Source: Promethearchaeota archaeon
Lineage (GTDB): Archaea; Asgardarchaeota; Lokiarchaeia; Sigyniarchaeales; Promethearchaeaceae
Direction of reading: 5' to 3'
NCBI GenBank assembly: GCA_016933055.1
Contig: JAFGBS010000021.1
Location: 92,842-124,841 of the forward strand
Length of the DNA: 32,000 nt
Part shown: positions 1 through 8,668 of the stretch, one piece after another
Numbering within the stretch: the first letter of the stretch is position 1
Layout: every line of letters starts with the position of its first letter
Notes under the pieces: generated by a model
Told to the model about the DNA's origin: nothing
Seen by the model: the letters and a program-made list of their open reading frames with translations, nothing else
Databases searched by the model: none
Program-made: the position numbers and the translations under genes

Positions 1-850
1 ATGGATCGGTTTTGTCCTCTTGCCCATACAACAAACTCAGTACAATAATTCCTGCATTAGGAAGCACATTTAAGAATTGGAGAGGGGATTTTAAGTATGC
101 ATATTTCCTCATTCCATTTGATGAATGAATTAGGTGTTTCCGGATTTTATACCACTGCCGTAACATCTCAGTTCTTGCGTCACGCCAGTTTTCGTGGGTT
201 TCATAGATTTTTAGTGTCTCACCAATAAATTTAGCATATCTACTGTCTGGAGGAAGTAGTTTTAGCCCGTTCTGAATCAGAGATTTAAGATCTAATGAAT
301 CAGATGTTTGAGCGAACGCATTCGAAACGATACCTGCAATAAAGACTTCTCCATCGATTCCAATACCCGAATGGGCAACTGCCCCATCAATTCTAGCATA
401 ATGAGCAGCAACTTCTGGGCAATTCGGTGAAATCAGACCCCAAATATCAGCTTTCATTTGGCCTCCGATGGCATCGAACCAGATATTGTTTAGAGTAGCG
501 CTTTCAGGGGGCATTATACCTTTCAAGATATTTTTCTTAGCTGCCTTTTCGGCGGTGTATTGATATTTAATAAGGTATTTCGCCCATCCTTCTGCTATAT
601 CTCGTGAAGAGATTTCAATTCCTTTTTCTTCTAAGGTCAATAATCCGACGATCTCATATATCTCATCGTCGTTGACTGTTTCAGTGTTTACGGGTTTCAC
701 GTAACCGGTGATTTCCTTTGTTCCTTTATCGCAATACTTTTTTTGTATGTATTTATAGGGACGAAATTCAAGGGGTGTCCCAAAATGACTCCCCGCAACT
801 CTTCCTAACCATCCCCCCAAGACTTTATTGTAATATTCCTCTGAATTCAT
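1..850 (-). CDS. ADP-ribosylglycohydrolase family protein (runs off the left edge; absent from ORF track)
   Basis: Manual translation from ATG at 850 is open to position 2: MNSEEYYNKVLGGWLGRVAGSHFGTPLEF...VNDDEIYE...DAIGGQMKADIWGL...DGEVFIAG...VLPNAGIIVLSLLYG. The N-terminal GxxLGxxxGxxxGxPxE segment, DD metal motif and GGxMRAD-like motif are typical of the ARH/DraG family. Confidence 0.85.
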   Translation of the reverse strand, partial: MNSEEYYNKVLGGWLGRVAGSHFGTPLEFRPYKYIQKKYCDKGTKEITGYVKPVNTETVNDDEIYEIVGLLTLEEKGIEISSRDIAEGWAKYLIKYQYTAEKAAKKNILKGIMPPESATLNNIWFDAIGGQMKADIWGLISPNCPEVAAHYARIDGAVAHSGIGIDGEVFIAGIVSNAFAQTSDSLDLKSLIQNGLKLLPPDSRYAKFIGETLKIYETHENWRDARTEMLRQWYKIRKHLIHSSNGMRKYAYLKSPLQFLNVLPNAGIIVLSLLYGQEDKTDP

Positions 851-1028
851 AAGATCCAAATCCTAGCTTTGAAATTCCCTCTACAGAATTATAAAGTTTA
901 GCGATAGATGGGTTGGAAATTCCAATCAGTGAGATAGAAAAAAAAATTTCCCTATTGGGAATTTGTTAAAAATGCGTTATTTTCTGGAAAATAACACTCA
1001 TTGTACTTCGAAAAATATAGTAGTAGTT

Positions 1029-1283
1029 TTAGTAATAACTTTTGTTCCACCCAGATCGCTGGGAAGGAGCCTTTTCTGTAACAACAACTTCTCGGGCTTC
1101 TAAGCCTTTATCAGTTTCTGCTGTATCAAATTCTACCTTATCATTCTCGTTGAGTGAAGCGAATTCACCCTCGTCAGCCTTAATTGCACTATAGTGTACG
1201 AAAACATCTTTGTCTCCTTGATCAGGAGTTATAAATCCGAAGCCTTTACGGCCATTGAACCATTTTACTATTCCGGTTGCCAT
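1029..1283 (-). CDS. cspA: Cold-shock domain protein (CspA family) with short C-terminal extension
   Basis: GIVKWFN, RNP1 KGFGFIT, RNP2 [15 protein letters not shown] and KGLEA are all present. Confidence 0.95.
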   Translation of the reverse strand: MATGIVKWFNGRKGFGFITPDQGDKDVFVHYSAIKADEGEFASLNENDKVEFDTAETDKGLEAREVVVTEKAPSQRSGWNKSYY

Positions 1284-1512
1284 TTATTTCACTTATATTA
1301 TATTGTTTTATGTTGTTTTTCTAGGAAAATTCTCATATATCACTGAGCGTATTCACTAGGGATAAATAAAAGATAGAATCGAGAAATCATAAACGTACTA
1401 AGCCTTACTATATTCGAAAAATTAGGTAGTTCAGAATTATGTTGTTGATACTATTTTATTTACAAGGATTAACAGTTCGCATGAATAAAAAAGGTTGGCT
1501 ATTTAAAAAACA

Positions 1513-1578
1513 CTAAAATGCACAATTTCTCTTTACTTTCATGGGATTGTTCAATCTGGATCGAATTAATCTGAACAC
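1513..1578 (-). CDS. Putative 21-aa small protein MFRLIRSRLNNPMKVKRNCAF
   Basis: GGAGG (rc of 1586-1590) lies 7 nt upstream of a GTG start; TAG stop followed by T tracts. No homology evidence. Confidence 0.25.
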   Translation of the reverse strand: MFRLIRSRLNNPMKVKRNCAF

Positions 1579-1629
1579 TTATGTGCCTCCATTTTGAACT
1601 ATTAAATCATTTTGGAAATAATTAAAAAC

Positions 1630-1690
1630 ATGAGGGTAAAAATTATATAATCAATCGCCATGTTTTGGTTAAGAAATAGGAGATAATAGA
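1630..1690 (+). promoter_or_regulatory. Promoter + RBS of protease paralogue 1
   Basis: ATGA-n-AAAATTATATA, TTTTGGTTAA and ATAGGAG, at identical spacing in all three paralogues. Confidence 0.75.
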
Positions 1691-3283
1691 ATGAAAAAAC
1701 GTGTCCTACGTAATATTGAAGTCTTGTGCTTAATTTTGATGATTACGGTAATATCTTCATCATTGAATAGAATAACTCCGAATCAGAAGCATGCAGAAAT
1801 AATTTTTTCTCCACCTCAGAATGAGTCAATAGGGGTACCCGTTGAAACCACAATGGAACCCTTTCTGGATCAATACTTAAATGCAGAATCAAGTGGGGAA
1901 TCAATTGAAATTGTTGAATATAATGTGAAAACAGGAGTAGAAGAGACCTATAATGTCAATTTTGATGAAATCCATTCCGTAGGTACTCAAATAGAACCCT
2001 ACGCGGGAAATTTTTATCATCGCTTAATGGAGCAAAAGGTTCAAGAAGGTTCATTTTCGGAGGCGTTGAGTTCTTCGAGTACTCTTGGTCCTGAGGAACT
2101 GACTCTGGTTAACGATACAACCATTTATCCATGGAGTGCTGTAGTGAAAGTGATTTCGACAATTAATGATACACATTCCGCTTGGTGTTCAGGAACATTG
2201 ATCGATTCCAATCACGTTCTCACGGCGGGTCATTGTATCTATGATATCACCGATGGGGGATGGAGATCCGATGTGTACGTTATTCCCGGTAAAAATGGTA
2301 CTGGTAATTCTCTTATGGAAGAACCTTTTGGTCGCGCATATGCTACTCATTTAAGATCAACAAAAGGCTGGACACAAAATCCATCACCCAAGAATGATTG
2401 GGCATTAATCACGTTAGATAGGGATATTGGAGATGAAACTGGGTGGCTAGGAGTAAAAACACTGCCATTAGATCACAATAATTATACTGATATGGTATAT
2501 ACTGCGGGGTACCCTGCGGAAACAAAATCGGGGTACTATATGTATAATAATTCCGGAAGTAGTGGTTGGGTAGATGAATATAATCACTATTATACTTTTT
2601 ATGGGGAAGGTGGTCAAAGTGGAAGTGGGGTATGGACCTATCAAAATGCATCACCGTACATCATTAGTATCTATGCATGGAGTACGCCGATGGGGACTCG
2701 TATAACGCAAGAAAAATTTGACATCTTGAACCTCTGGCTGGAACAAGATGCATCAACAGAACCTCAGGTGGATTTTGAAGTTCTTGGATCCAATAATATT
2801 CTCAAAGCTTTAAATTATATAAAAACGGTCAATACTTTCTTTACCGCATTTCCAATAGCGACTCAAGTCCAAAACCATGGTAATATTGGAGCTGATAAGG
2901 TAACTCTTGGGTATTATTTATCAGAGGATGATATTATCAGTGCAGAAGACTATTTAATTGCAGAAAAAACTATTAGAAATTTGCAGGCGTTTGAATTAAG
3001 GAATGTTGAGAAAAGAGTTAGAATCCCTCTTGGTATTCCGCCAGGATCTTATGAACTTGGATGGATGATAGATCCGAACAACGAAATTGATGAATATTTT
3101 GAAGATAATAATTTCTTTGTTTGTGGTATTCGTCTGTATGTCCAAAACACCTTTTTGGATCCGATATTAACTGATCCTCTCTGGTTAAGTCTTATCATCA
3201 CGGGTATTGTGCTAGTAATCGCAGCACCTGCGGTAATTGTGGTGGTTGTTCTAGTAAAAAAACGAAGAAAGTTACCCAAATAA
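1691..3283 (+). CDS. Membrane-anchored trypsin-like serine protease (S1B, V8/Mpr-like) + CARDB-like domain, paralogue 1
   Basis: N-terminal MKKR plus hydrophobic signal and pro-region. Triad motifs HVLTAGH, NDWAL, GGQSGS. CARDB-like GYYLSED...IP...IPPGSYELGWMIDPNNEIDEYFEDNN. C-terminal TM followed by KKRRK. Confidence 0.9.
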   Translation: MKKRVLRNIEVLCLILMITVISSSLNRITPNQKHAEIIFSPPQNESIGVPVETTMEPFLDQYLNAESSGESIEIVEYNVKTGVEETYNVNFDEIHSVGTQIEPYAGNFYHRLMEQKVQEGSFSEALSSSSTLGPEELTLVNDTTIYPWSAVVKVISTINDTHSAWCSGTLIDSNHVLTAGHCIYDITDGGWRSDVYVIPGKNGTGNSLMEEPFGRAYATHLRSTKGWTQNPSPKNDWALITLDRDIGDETGWLGVKTLPLDHNNYTDMVYTAGYPAETKSGYYMYNNSGSSGWVDEYNHYYTFYGEGGQSGSGVWTYQNASPYIISIYAWSTPMGTRITQEKFDILNLWLEQDASTEPQVDFEVLGSNNILKALNYIKTVNTFFTAFPIATQVQNHGNIGADKVTLGYYLSEDDIISAEDYLIAEKTIRNLQAFELRNVEKRVRIPLGIPPGSYELGWMIDPNNEIDEYFEDNNFFVCGIRLYVQNTFLDPILTDPLWLSLIITGIVLVIAAPAVIVVVVLVKKRRKLPK

Positions 3284-3341
3284 AAGATTATTCTCTTTTC
3301 TCCCATTATTTTCTATATTTTTAATCTTAGGATCTAAAATT

Positions 3342-3402
3342 ATGAGAGAAAAAATTATATATTTTTTCTCTTAGTTTTGGTTAAGATATAGGAGTCAGAA
3401 GT
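3342..3402 (+). promoter_or_regulatory. Promoter + RBS of protease paralogue 2
   Basis: Same three boxes; AAAATTATA starts 52 nt before the ATG. Preceded by a T-rich terminator-like tract (3289-3322). Confidence 0.75.
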
Positions 3403-5013
3403 ATGAAAAAACGTATGTTGCGTAGAATTGTAGGTTTATGGTTAATTCTTATTATGGTTGCAATGTCACCCTCCTTGCCCCTTAGATTTCAAGGGCAGAG
3501 ACATGCCGAGATATTGTTTACTCAATCTCCAATTGAATTGAATTTCATTTCCGCATCGGAAACATTAGAACCTATTTTTGAAAAATACCTCAATCCGGTG
3601 GAAACGAGGCAAGAATCAAATGTGATAGTAGAATACGATGTCCAAACAGGAATGGAAGAAGTATATACCATAAATTACGATGAAATCCATTCTAACATTA
3701 CTCGATTGGAACCTTATGAGGGCAATTACCCCCATTATTTGCAAGGACAGCATATTTACAGCGATTCCATCACAGAAATATTGCATACATCGTCAGAACT
3801 CGGTCCTGACGAACTTACACAAGTTTTCGACACGACGGTATTTCCCTTCAGCAGTGTTGTGAAAATCTATGCAGACTATAATGAGACCCATACAGTGGCG
3901 GGGTCAGGAGCAATGATCGATTCTAATCATGTTCTCACTGCCGGTCATGTAGTTTATGACATCACCCATGGTGGGTGGAGAGAAAATGTGAGAGTGATTC
4001 CCGGTAAAGATGGTCCCTTAGATACTAGCTGGAACGAACCCTACGGTCGTGCATATGCTACGATAATGAGATCAACAGAAGGATGGACACAAGATTCATC
4101 AGCACGACACGATTGGGCAGTGATTACCTTAGATCGGGATATTGGAAATGAGACTGGGTGGTTAGGAGTAACAACCCTACCATTAGATCACAATAATTAT
4201 ACGGATGTGGTATATACTGCAGGTTATCCCGCAACAACCTTATCGGGATATTATATGTATACCGTAAATAAAAGTGGGGGATATTTAATAAATGAGTTTC
4301 AGCACCAATATAATTTTTATGTTGAGGGAGGTCAAAGTGGTAGTTCAGCTTGGACTTACCAAAACTCTTCTCCGTATGTCCTTAGTGTAGTTGCTTATGG
4401 TCCTGAGGGAGGAGGGATTGGTTCGGGAACACGTATAACAACCGAGAAATTCGACTTATTGAACTTATGGTTAGAACAGGATGCATCTGAGGAACCTCAA
4501 GCCGACTTAACGGTTAGTGGATCAAACAATATTCTCGCTGCCTTAGGTTATGTTAATGCGGTAAATATTTTATTTACTAAATTCCCAATTGTTACATCCG
4601 TTCAGAATTATGGGAATATAGGAGTGGAACAAGCAACTCTGGGGTATTATCTCTCAGAGGATGCCAATATAACTCCAGAGGATTATCTAATTGGTACCAC
4701 TACCGTTAGGGATATAAATGTATCGGAATCAAAAATCGTTAATTACACAGCGAAAATACCGCTAAGTGTCCCTCCTGGATTTTACGAAATCGGATGGATT
4801 GTGGATCCGAATAATGAAATTGATGAATTTTTCGAGGATAATAACGTATATGTAAATGGACTTAAACTCCATGTTCATTCCACTATCGTGGATCAAATCT
4901 TAACCGATCCCCTTTGGTTAAGCCTTACAATTACAGGAGTAGCGTTAATACTTATTTTACCTATTGTACTTGTAGTGATTCGAAAGAAGAAACGAAGACC
5001 AAAAACCAAATGA
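3403..5013 (+). CDS. Membrane-anchored S1B serine protease + CARDB-like domain, paralogue 2
   Basis: HVLTAGH, HDWAV, GGQSGS; WIVDPNNEIDEFFEDNN; TM followed by RKKKRR. Colinear with paralogue 1. Confidence 0.9.
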   Translation: MKKRMLRRIVGLWLILIMVAMSPSLPLRFQGQRHAEILFTQSPIELNFISASETLEPIFEKYLNPVETRQESNVIVEYDVQTGMEEVYTINYDEIHSNITRLEPYEGNYPHYLQGQHIYSDSITEILHTSSELGPDELTQVFDTTVFPFSSVVKIYADYNETHTVAGSGAMIDSNHVLTAGHVVYDITHGGWRENVRVIPGKDGPLDTSWNEPYGRAYATIMRSTEGWTQDSSARHDWAVITLDRDIGNETGWLGVTTLPLDHNNYTDVVYTAGYPATTLSGYYMYTVNKSGGYLINEFQHQYNFYVEGGQSGSSAWTYQNSSPYVLSVVAYGPEGGGIGSGTRITTEKFDLLNLWLEQDASEEPQADLTVSGSNNILAALGYVNAVNILFTKFPIVTSVQNYGNIGVEQATLGYYLSEDANITPEDYLIGTTTVRDINVSESKIVNYTAKIPLSVPPGFYEIGWIVDPNNEIDEFFEDNNVYVNGLKLHVHSTIVDQILTDPLWLSLTITGVALILILPIVLVVIRKKKRRPKTK

Positions 5014-5072
5014 ACTCAAACTTTTCAATTTTATCTTTTTTTGATAATACTTTCTCTAAGATAAAAAAAAAT

Positions 5073-5133
5073 ATGAACGTTAAAATTATAAATTCGTACA
5101 CTAAATTTTGGTTAATAGATAGGAGTAGTAATG
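5073..5133 (+). promoter_or_regulatory. Promoter + RBS of protease paralogue 3
   Basis: Same three boxes; the 52-nt spacing points to the second ATG (5134) as the homologous start. Confidence 0.75.
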
Positions 5134-6741
5134 ATGAAAAAACGTACTCTGCGTAGTTTAATTGGGATGTGCACCATTTTCTTGATGATAGGGCTTGTTG
5201 CGTCCATAAACTCAAATCATTTAAAAGAACAATCTCTAACAATCGAATTTGCCCGACCCCAAGATGAAATAAAATATCTCCCCATTGAGACTACATTAAA
5301 GCCTTACTCTGAAGAATTTTGGAATGTTAATTCTATAAATGATAAATCCCAAGATACGGTTGAATACAACATTATAACGGGAATTGAAACACAAATCGCA
5401 ATTGAACCAAACGATTTAATCACTACAATAACCCAATTAGAACCTCATGAGGGATGGTTTCATAATAACGATAGGTGGCATAATAATCCTTCCGCAGATT
5501 CATTTGTGAGTGCTTTGCACACATCACATGTGTTTCCTCCCGATGATCGTGTATTGGTATCGGATACTACCATATATCCCTATAGTAGTATCGTAAAAAT
5601 CTGGGTAGAAGCTGCCAATGGATCGTATTATGTGGGATCTGGAGCGATAATCGATCCCAATCATGTTCTTACGTGTGGTCATATTGCCTACATACATGAT
5701 GCTGGGGGGTGGGTTAGCGAGATGGAAATAACTCCGGGATTGGACGGCACCACGGAACCATATGGTGTTGCGTATGCCACTTTAATGCGATCAACAACAG
5801 GTTGGATTAATGATGAATCCTATCAACATGATTGGGCGGTCATTACCTTAGATCGGGATATTGGGGACTCAACAGGATGGATGGGAGTGAAAACCTTACC
5901 ATTAGATCACATCAATTATACGGATCAAAATTATCTTTATACTGCAGGATATCCCGCAGAAATCAAATCAGGATACTATATGTGGGAGACGCACGATGAT
6001 GAAGCCAACGAGGCAACTGAATATAATATATGGTATCATTTGGATTCAGAAGGAGGTCAAAGTGGAAGTGCAGTGTGGACATATGATGAGGGGGATCCCT
6101 ATATTCTTGGAGTACATGCTTATAGCCAGTTAGGTACCGGTCCCAATTTTGGTACGCGTTTAAACACGGATAAGTTCAACTTATTGGTCAGTTGGTTAGC
6201 TCAAGATGCGTCTTCGGAACAGAAAACGGATTTACAAGTAACTGGTTCTAATAATATTATTGCAGCAATTGGTTCTCCATATGTGTATAAACTTAGTACC
6301 AGAATAAACGTTCTAACATCCATACAGAATATCGGTCTTATAACTGCAGATAAAGTTACCATCGGATTCTATTTTTCCAGTGATACCAATATTACTACTG
6401 AAGATTATTACATTGGAAAAGTTAATATCTATAATGTTCAACCTATGGATACTGTGAACGCTCAATTCCTAAAATTAGCTCCACTGAACATACCTGTGGG
6501 CACTTATAAAATTGGCTGGATAATTGATCCTAATAATGAGTTGGATGAATATAACAAAGAAAATAATGTTTATGTTGGTCCTACCTTATATGTTCGTTCT
6601 TCAGTTATCAGCGACATTTTAGAAGATCCTCTGTGGGTCACGATCATAATTGCAGCTGTAATAATTATTATTGTAGTACCCACGGTGATTGAAATCGCCC
6701 GTAAGCGAAAACGGAAGAGACTTGCTATGGGTCTCAGATAA
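5134..6741 (+). CDS. Membrane-anchored S1B serine protease (probable glutamyl endopeptidase) + CARDB-like domain, paralogue 3
   Basis: VFPPDDRVLVSDTTIYPYSSI resembles the mature N-terminus of Bacillus glutamyl endopeptidases. HVLTCGH, HDWAV, DSEGGQSGS and LGVHAY (S1 His) are present; CARDB; TM followed by RKRKRKR. ORF track starts at 5131. Confidence 0.9.
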   Translation: MKKRTLRSLIGMCTIFLMIGLVASINSNHLKEQSLTIEFARPQDEIKYLPIETTLKPYSEEFWNVNSINDKSQDTVEYNIITGIETQIAIEPNDLITTITQLEPHEGWFHNNDRWHNNPSADSFVSALHTSHVFPPDDRVLVSDTTIYPYSSIVKIWVEAANGSYYVGSGAIIDPNHVLTCGHIAYIHDAGGWVSEMEITPGLDGTTEPYGVAYATLMRSTTGWINDESYQHDWAVITLDRDIGDSTGWMGVKTLPLDHINYTDQNYLYTAGYPAEIKSGYYMWETHDDEANEATEYNIWYHLDSEGGQSGSAVWTYDEGDPYILGVHAYSQLGTGPNFGTRLNTDKFNLLVSWLAQDASSEQKTDLQVTGSNNIIAAIGSPYVYKLSTRINVLTSIQNIGLITADKVTIGFYFSSDTNITTEDYYIGKVNIYNVQPMDTVNAQFLKLAPLNIPVGTYKIGWIIDPNNELDEYNKENNVYVGPTLYVRSSVISDILEDPLWVTIIIAAVIIIIVVPTVIEIARKRKRKRLAMGLR

Positions 6742-6749
6742 CTTGATTC

Positions 6750-6782
6750 TATTTCTCTTTTTTTTTCGTACTTTTTTCTTTA
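6750..6782 (+). terminator. Oligo-T archaeal-type terminator after protease 3
   Basis: TATTTCTCTTTTTTTTCGTACTTTTTTCTT directly after the stop codon. Confidence 0.55.
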
Positions 6783-6832
6783 ACCTTTTAGCTTATTTTA
6801 CAAGCTGAATTTTTACTCAGATACATCACTTT

Positions 6833-7021
6833 GTTCTCCGAAATAACCATCTGGAATAGCCAATCTGCTAGTTGGCTCAATTTTCCTTAAATAGCAACCT
6901 TGGATCTATATATCATAGAACTAAAAAACCCGAACACGGAGGTAAAAAATCGATGAACGATTACATGATGGAAAAAATTAATGAATACAAAATAAAAGAA
7001 AACCGAAACCGAAAATGGTGA
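6833..7021 (+). repeat. Duplicated micro-ORF cassette, copy 1
   Basis: Ungapped hand alignment to 10519-10707 at offset 3686: 13 mismatches in 189 nt. Weaker ungapped similarity (30/52) extends left to 6781/10467. Confidence 0.97.
6953..7021 (+). CDS. 22-aa small protein MNDYMMEKINEYKIKENRNRKW (copy 1)
   Basis: GGAGGT at 6938-6943, 9 nt before the ATG; TATATAT at about 6907-6913; T-rich tract after the TGA; frame conserved in copy 2. Confidence 0.7.
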   Translation: MNDYMMEKINEYKIKENRNRKW

Positions 7022-7308
7022 AATTCTTCTTTTTTCTAATTTAATTCATTTTGTTTTGAATAGTACTTCTGTTAGTTAGATCTTCTATTTTTTTGAGAGT
7101 TTCCAACACAATGATAATTCCTTTCATAAATGTCATTATGAGAAAAGTAATCATTTTGTCAGTGGATTTGTTATGATAATTAAACAAGTGGACTAATTAT
7201 TCACCAATTATGATTAAGAAATTCACTATTTTTGAAATAGAATGATTTCATTTAATAAAGGTTCATCTCTTTTCTTACATAATTCAAAATTGATTTAAGT
7301 TTGAAAGA

Positions 7309-7938
7309 GTGTTCAAAATGGAAGGTCAAGAAAGTTCTGATGAAATAAGAAATGATGTATTTTGGCGAAAAGTAGTATTCCAATATTGGTATATAATCTT
7401 AATATTTCTTTTACTAATTGCCGGAGCCATTACGGGATTCATTCTCACACTGAAATGGTATACTGAAGTGCGTATGATTGTTTCCACAGGAGAAACGGCC
7501 CTATCAACGTTTAATGAGTTTTCCATGCGATCCGCTGTTAGATGGATAGTATTTTTGGTATTATGGGAATTGTTGATCGTATTCTTACCTTTCCTTGCCG
7601 TAGGGGGAGGTATCTTTGCTTTAGTATGGTACGTTATCTTACCAGAGAATCTAAAAGAAGAAATGAAATTGCGATCCAAGAAAGAAGAGGAAATGGAACG
7701 AAAGAAAAAACATAGGAAGAATGGAGATAGCGGAGTATTTGGATTATTGATGTTTGTTGGTTTATGCATCTATATTGCTGTAAATGGAAATTGGCAAACG
7801 GAATTTGGCAGTTTAAATCTGGGATACTTCGTGGACGCTTGGATTAGAGTATTCATTTGGATAATAATTATATTTGTTGTTCCTGCTATCGTGATAACAA
7901 GTATTTGGTTTATTTTACGATATGGAAAAGAAAAATAA
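7309..7938 (+). CDS. Hypothetical multi-pass membrane protein
   Basis: About 4 hydrophobic segments with a charged KKEEEMERKKK loop; alternative ATG at 7318. No family recognised. Confidence 0.75.
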   Translation: MFKMEGQESSDEIRNDVFWRKVVFQYWYIILIFLLLIAGAITGFILTLKWYTEVRMIVSTGETALSTFNEFSMRSAVRWIVFLVLWELLIVFLPFLAVGGGIFALVWYVILPENLKEEMKLRSKKEEEMERKKKHRKNGDSGVFGLLMFVGLCIYIAVNGNWQTEFGSLNLGYFVDAWIRVFIWIIIIFVVPAIVITSIWFILRYGKEK

Positions 7939-8004
7939 ATCGATTTTACCCTTTTTTTTAATTTTTACATGACATTATAATAATTCTCTACATTCGATTG
8001 CCAC

Positions 8005-8514
8005 TTAATTCTTCTTTAGCATGGTTAAGAAATGTGTTAATTTATCAGAAAATTCCACGGCATGATCCTCAAAAATGAAAATTCTATTCCTCTTATCTCC
8101 CGATTGTTCCGTAATTACTAAGTACTTATCCCCTTTGCTTGTGTTTTTTATTTCAAAATAATAGATCCGTGCCCCTGCATGTAATTTCGAATCATTTCCT
8201 TTAAATTTGGAACCATAATCCTTGGATTTCCGATCAAATCCTTTGGACTTGGGATCTGGTTTGTGATCAAATTTCAGTTTTTTCTCTATCTTCAAATCTG
8301 CTGGAACTTTATCTAACACTTTGAGATTAGTTCCATTGAAAAATTTCCCTTTTTGCACAATTTTGCAGGAAATGATATCTCCTTCTTTCATTTTCGTCCC
8401 AATGTCTTCTTTCTCGAAAAATCCTACTGAATTATCGCATAATTTGAGTTGTAAGTATTTTTCTCCGTTTTTTCTCTCGCGAATCTCGACTTTTTCTACT
8501 TTATAATTACTCAC
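8005..8514 (-). CDS. PUR (PurA/DUF3276-like) single-stranded nucleic-acid-binding domain protein with an N-terminal OB-like domain
   Basis: C-terminal RIYYFEIKNTSKGDKYLVITEQ...RNRIFIFEDHAVEFSDKL matches the PUR-repeat pattern. N-terminal KNGEKYLQLKLCD...KEGDII resembles an OB fold. Confidence 0.7.
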   Translation of the reverse strand: MSNYKVEKVEIRERKNGEKYLQLKLCDNSVGFFEKEDIGTKMKEGDIISCKIVQKGKFFNGTNLKVLDKVPADLKIEKKLKFDHKPDPKSKGFDRKSKDYGSKFKGNDSKLHAGARIYYFEIKNTSKGDKYLVITEQSGDKRNRIFIFEDHAVEFSDKLTHFLTMLKKN

Positions 8515-8668
8515 TTTCTAAATCACCCAAAAATATATCTAGATATAGTCTAACGGCTATCTAAGAAGAAAAACTTTCGGAAAAAGTGAGTCATAATAGT
8601 CAAATGGTCATAGATTAAACACTGTGAACTTAAAATGTGCAGAGTTCATTTCATCCATGGAGGAGAAA

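Noticed and set aside
1491-1506. Reverse complement TTAAATAGCCAACCTT resembles TTAAATAGCAACCTT in the cassette
   Set aside because: A short AT-rich match with an indel and no flanking similarity; plausible by chance.
6833-7021. Duplicated cassette as a MITE or IS
   Set aside because: No terminal inverted repeats or target-site duplications are visible, similarity fades gradually on the left and stops at the ORF stop codon, and there is no transposase nearby.
7019-7021. TGA of micropeptide copy 1 as selenocysteine
   Set aside because: Copy 2 has TAA at the same position and a T-rich terminator follows.
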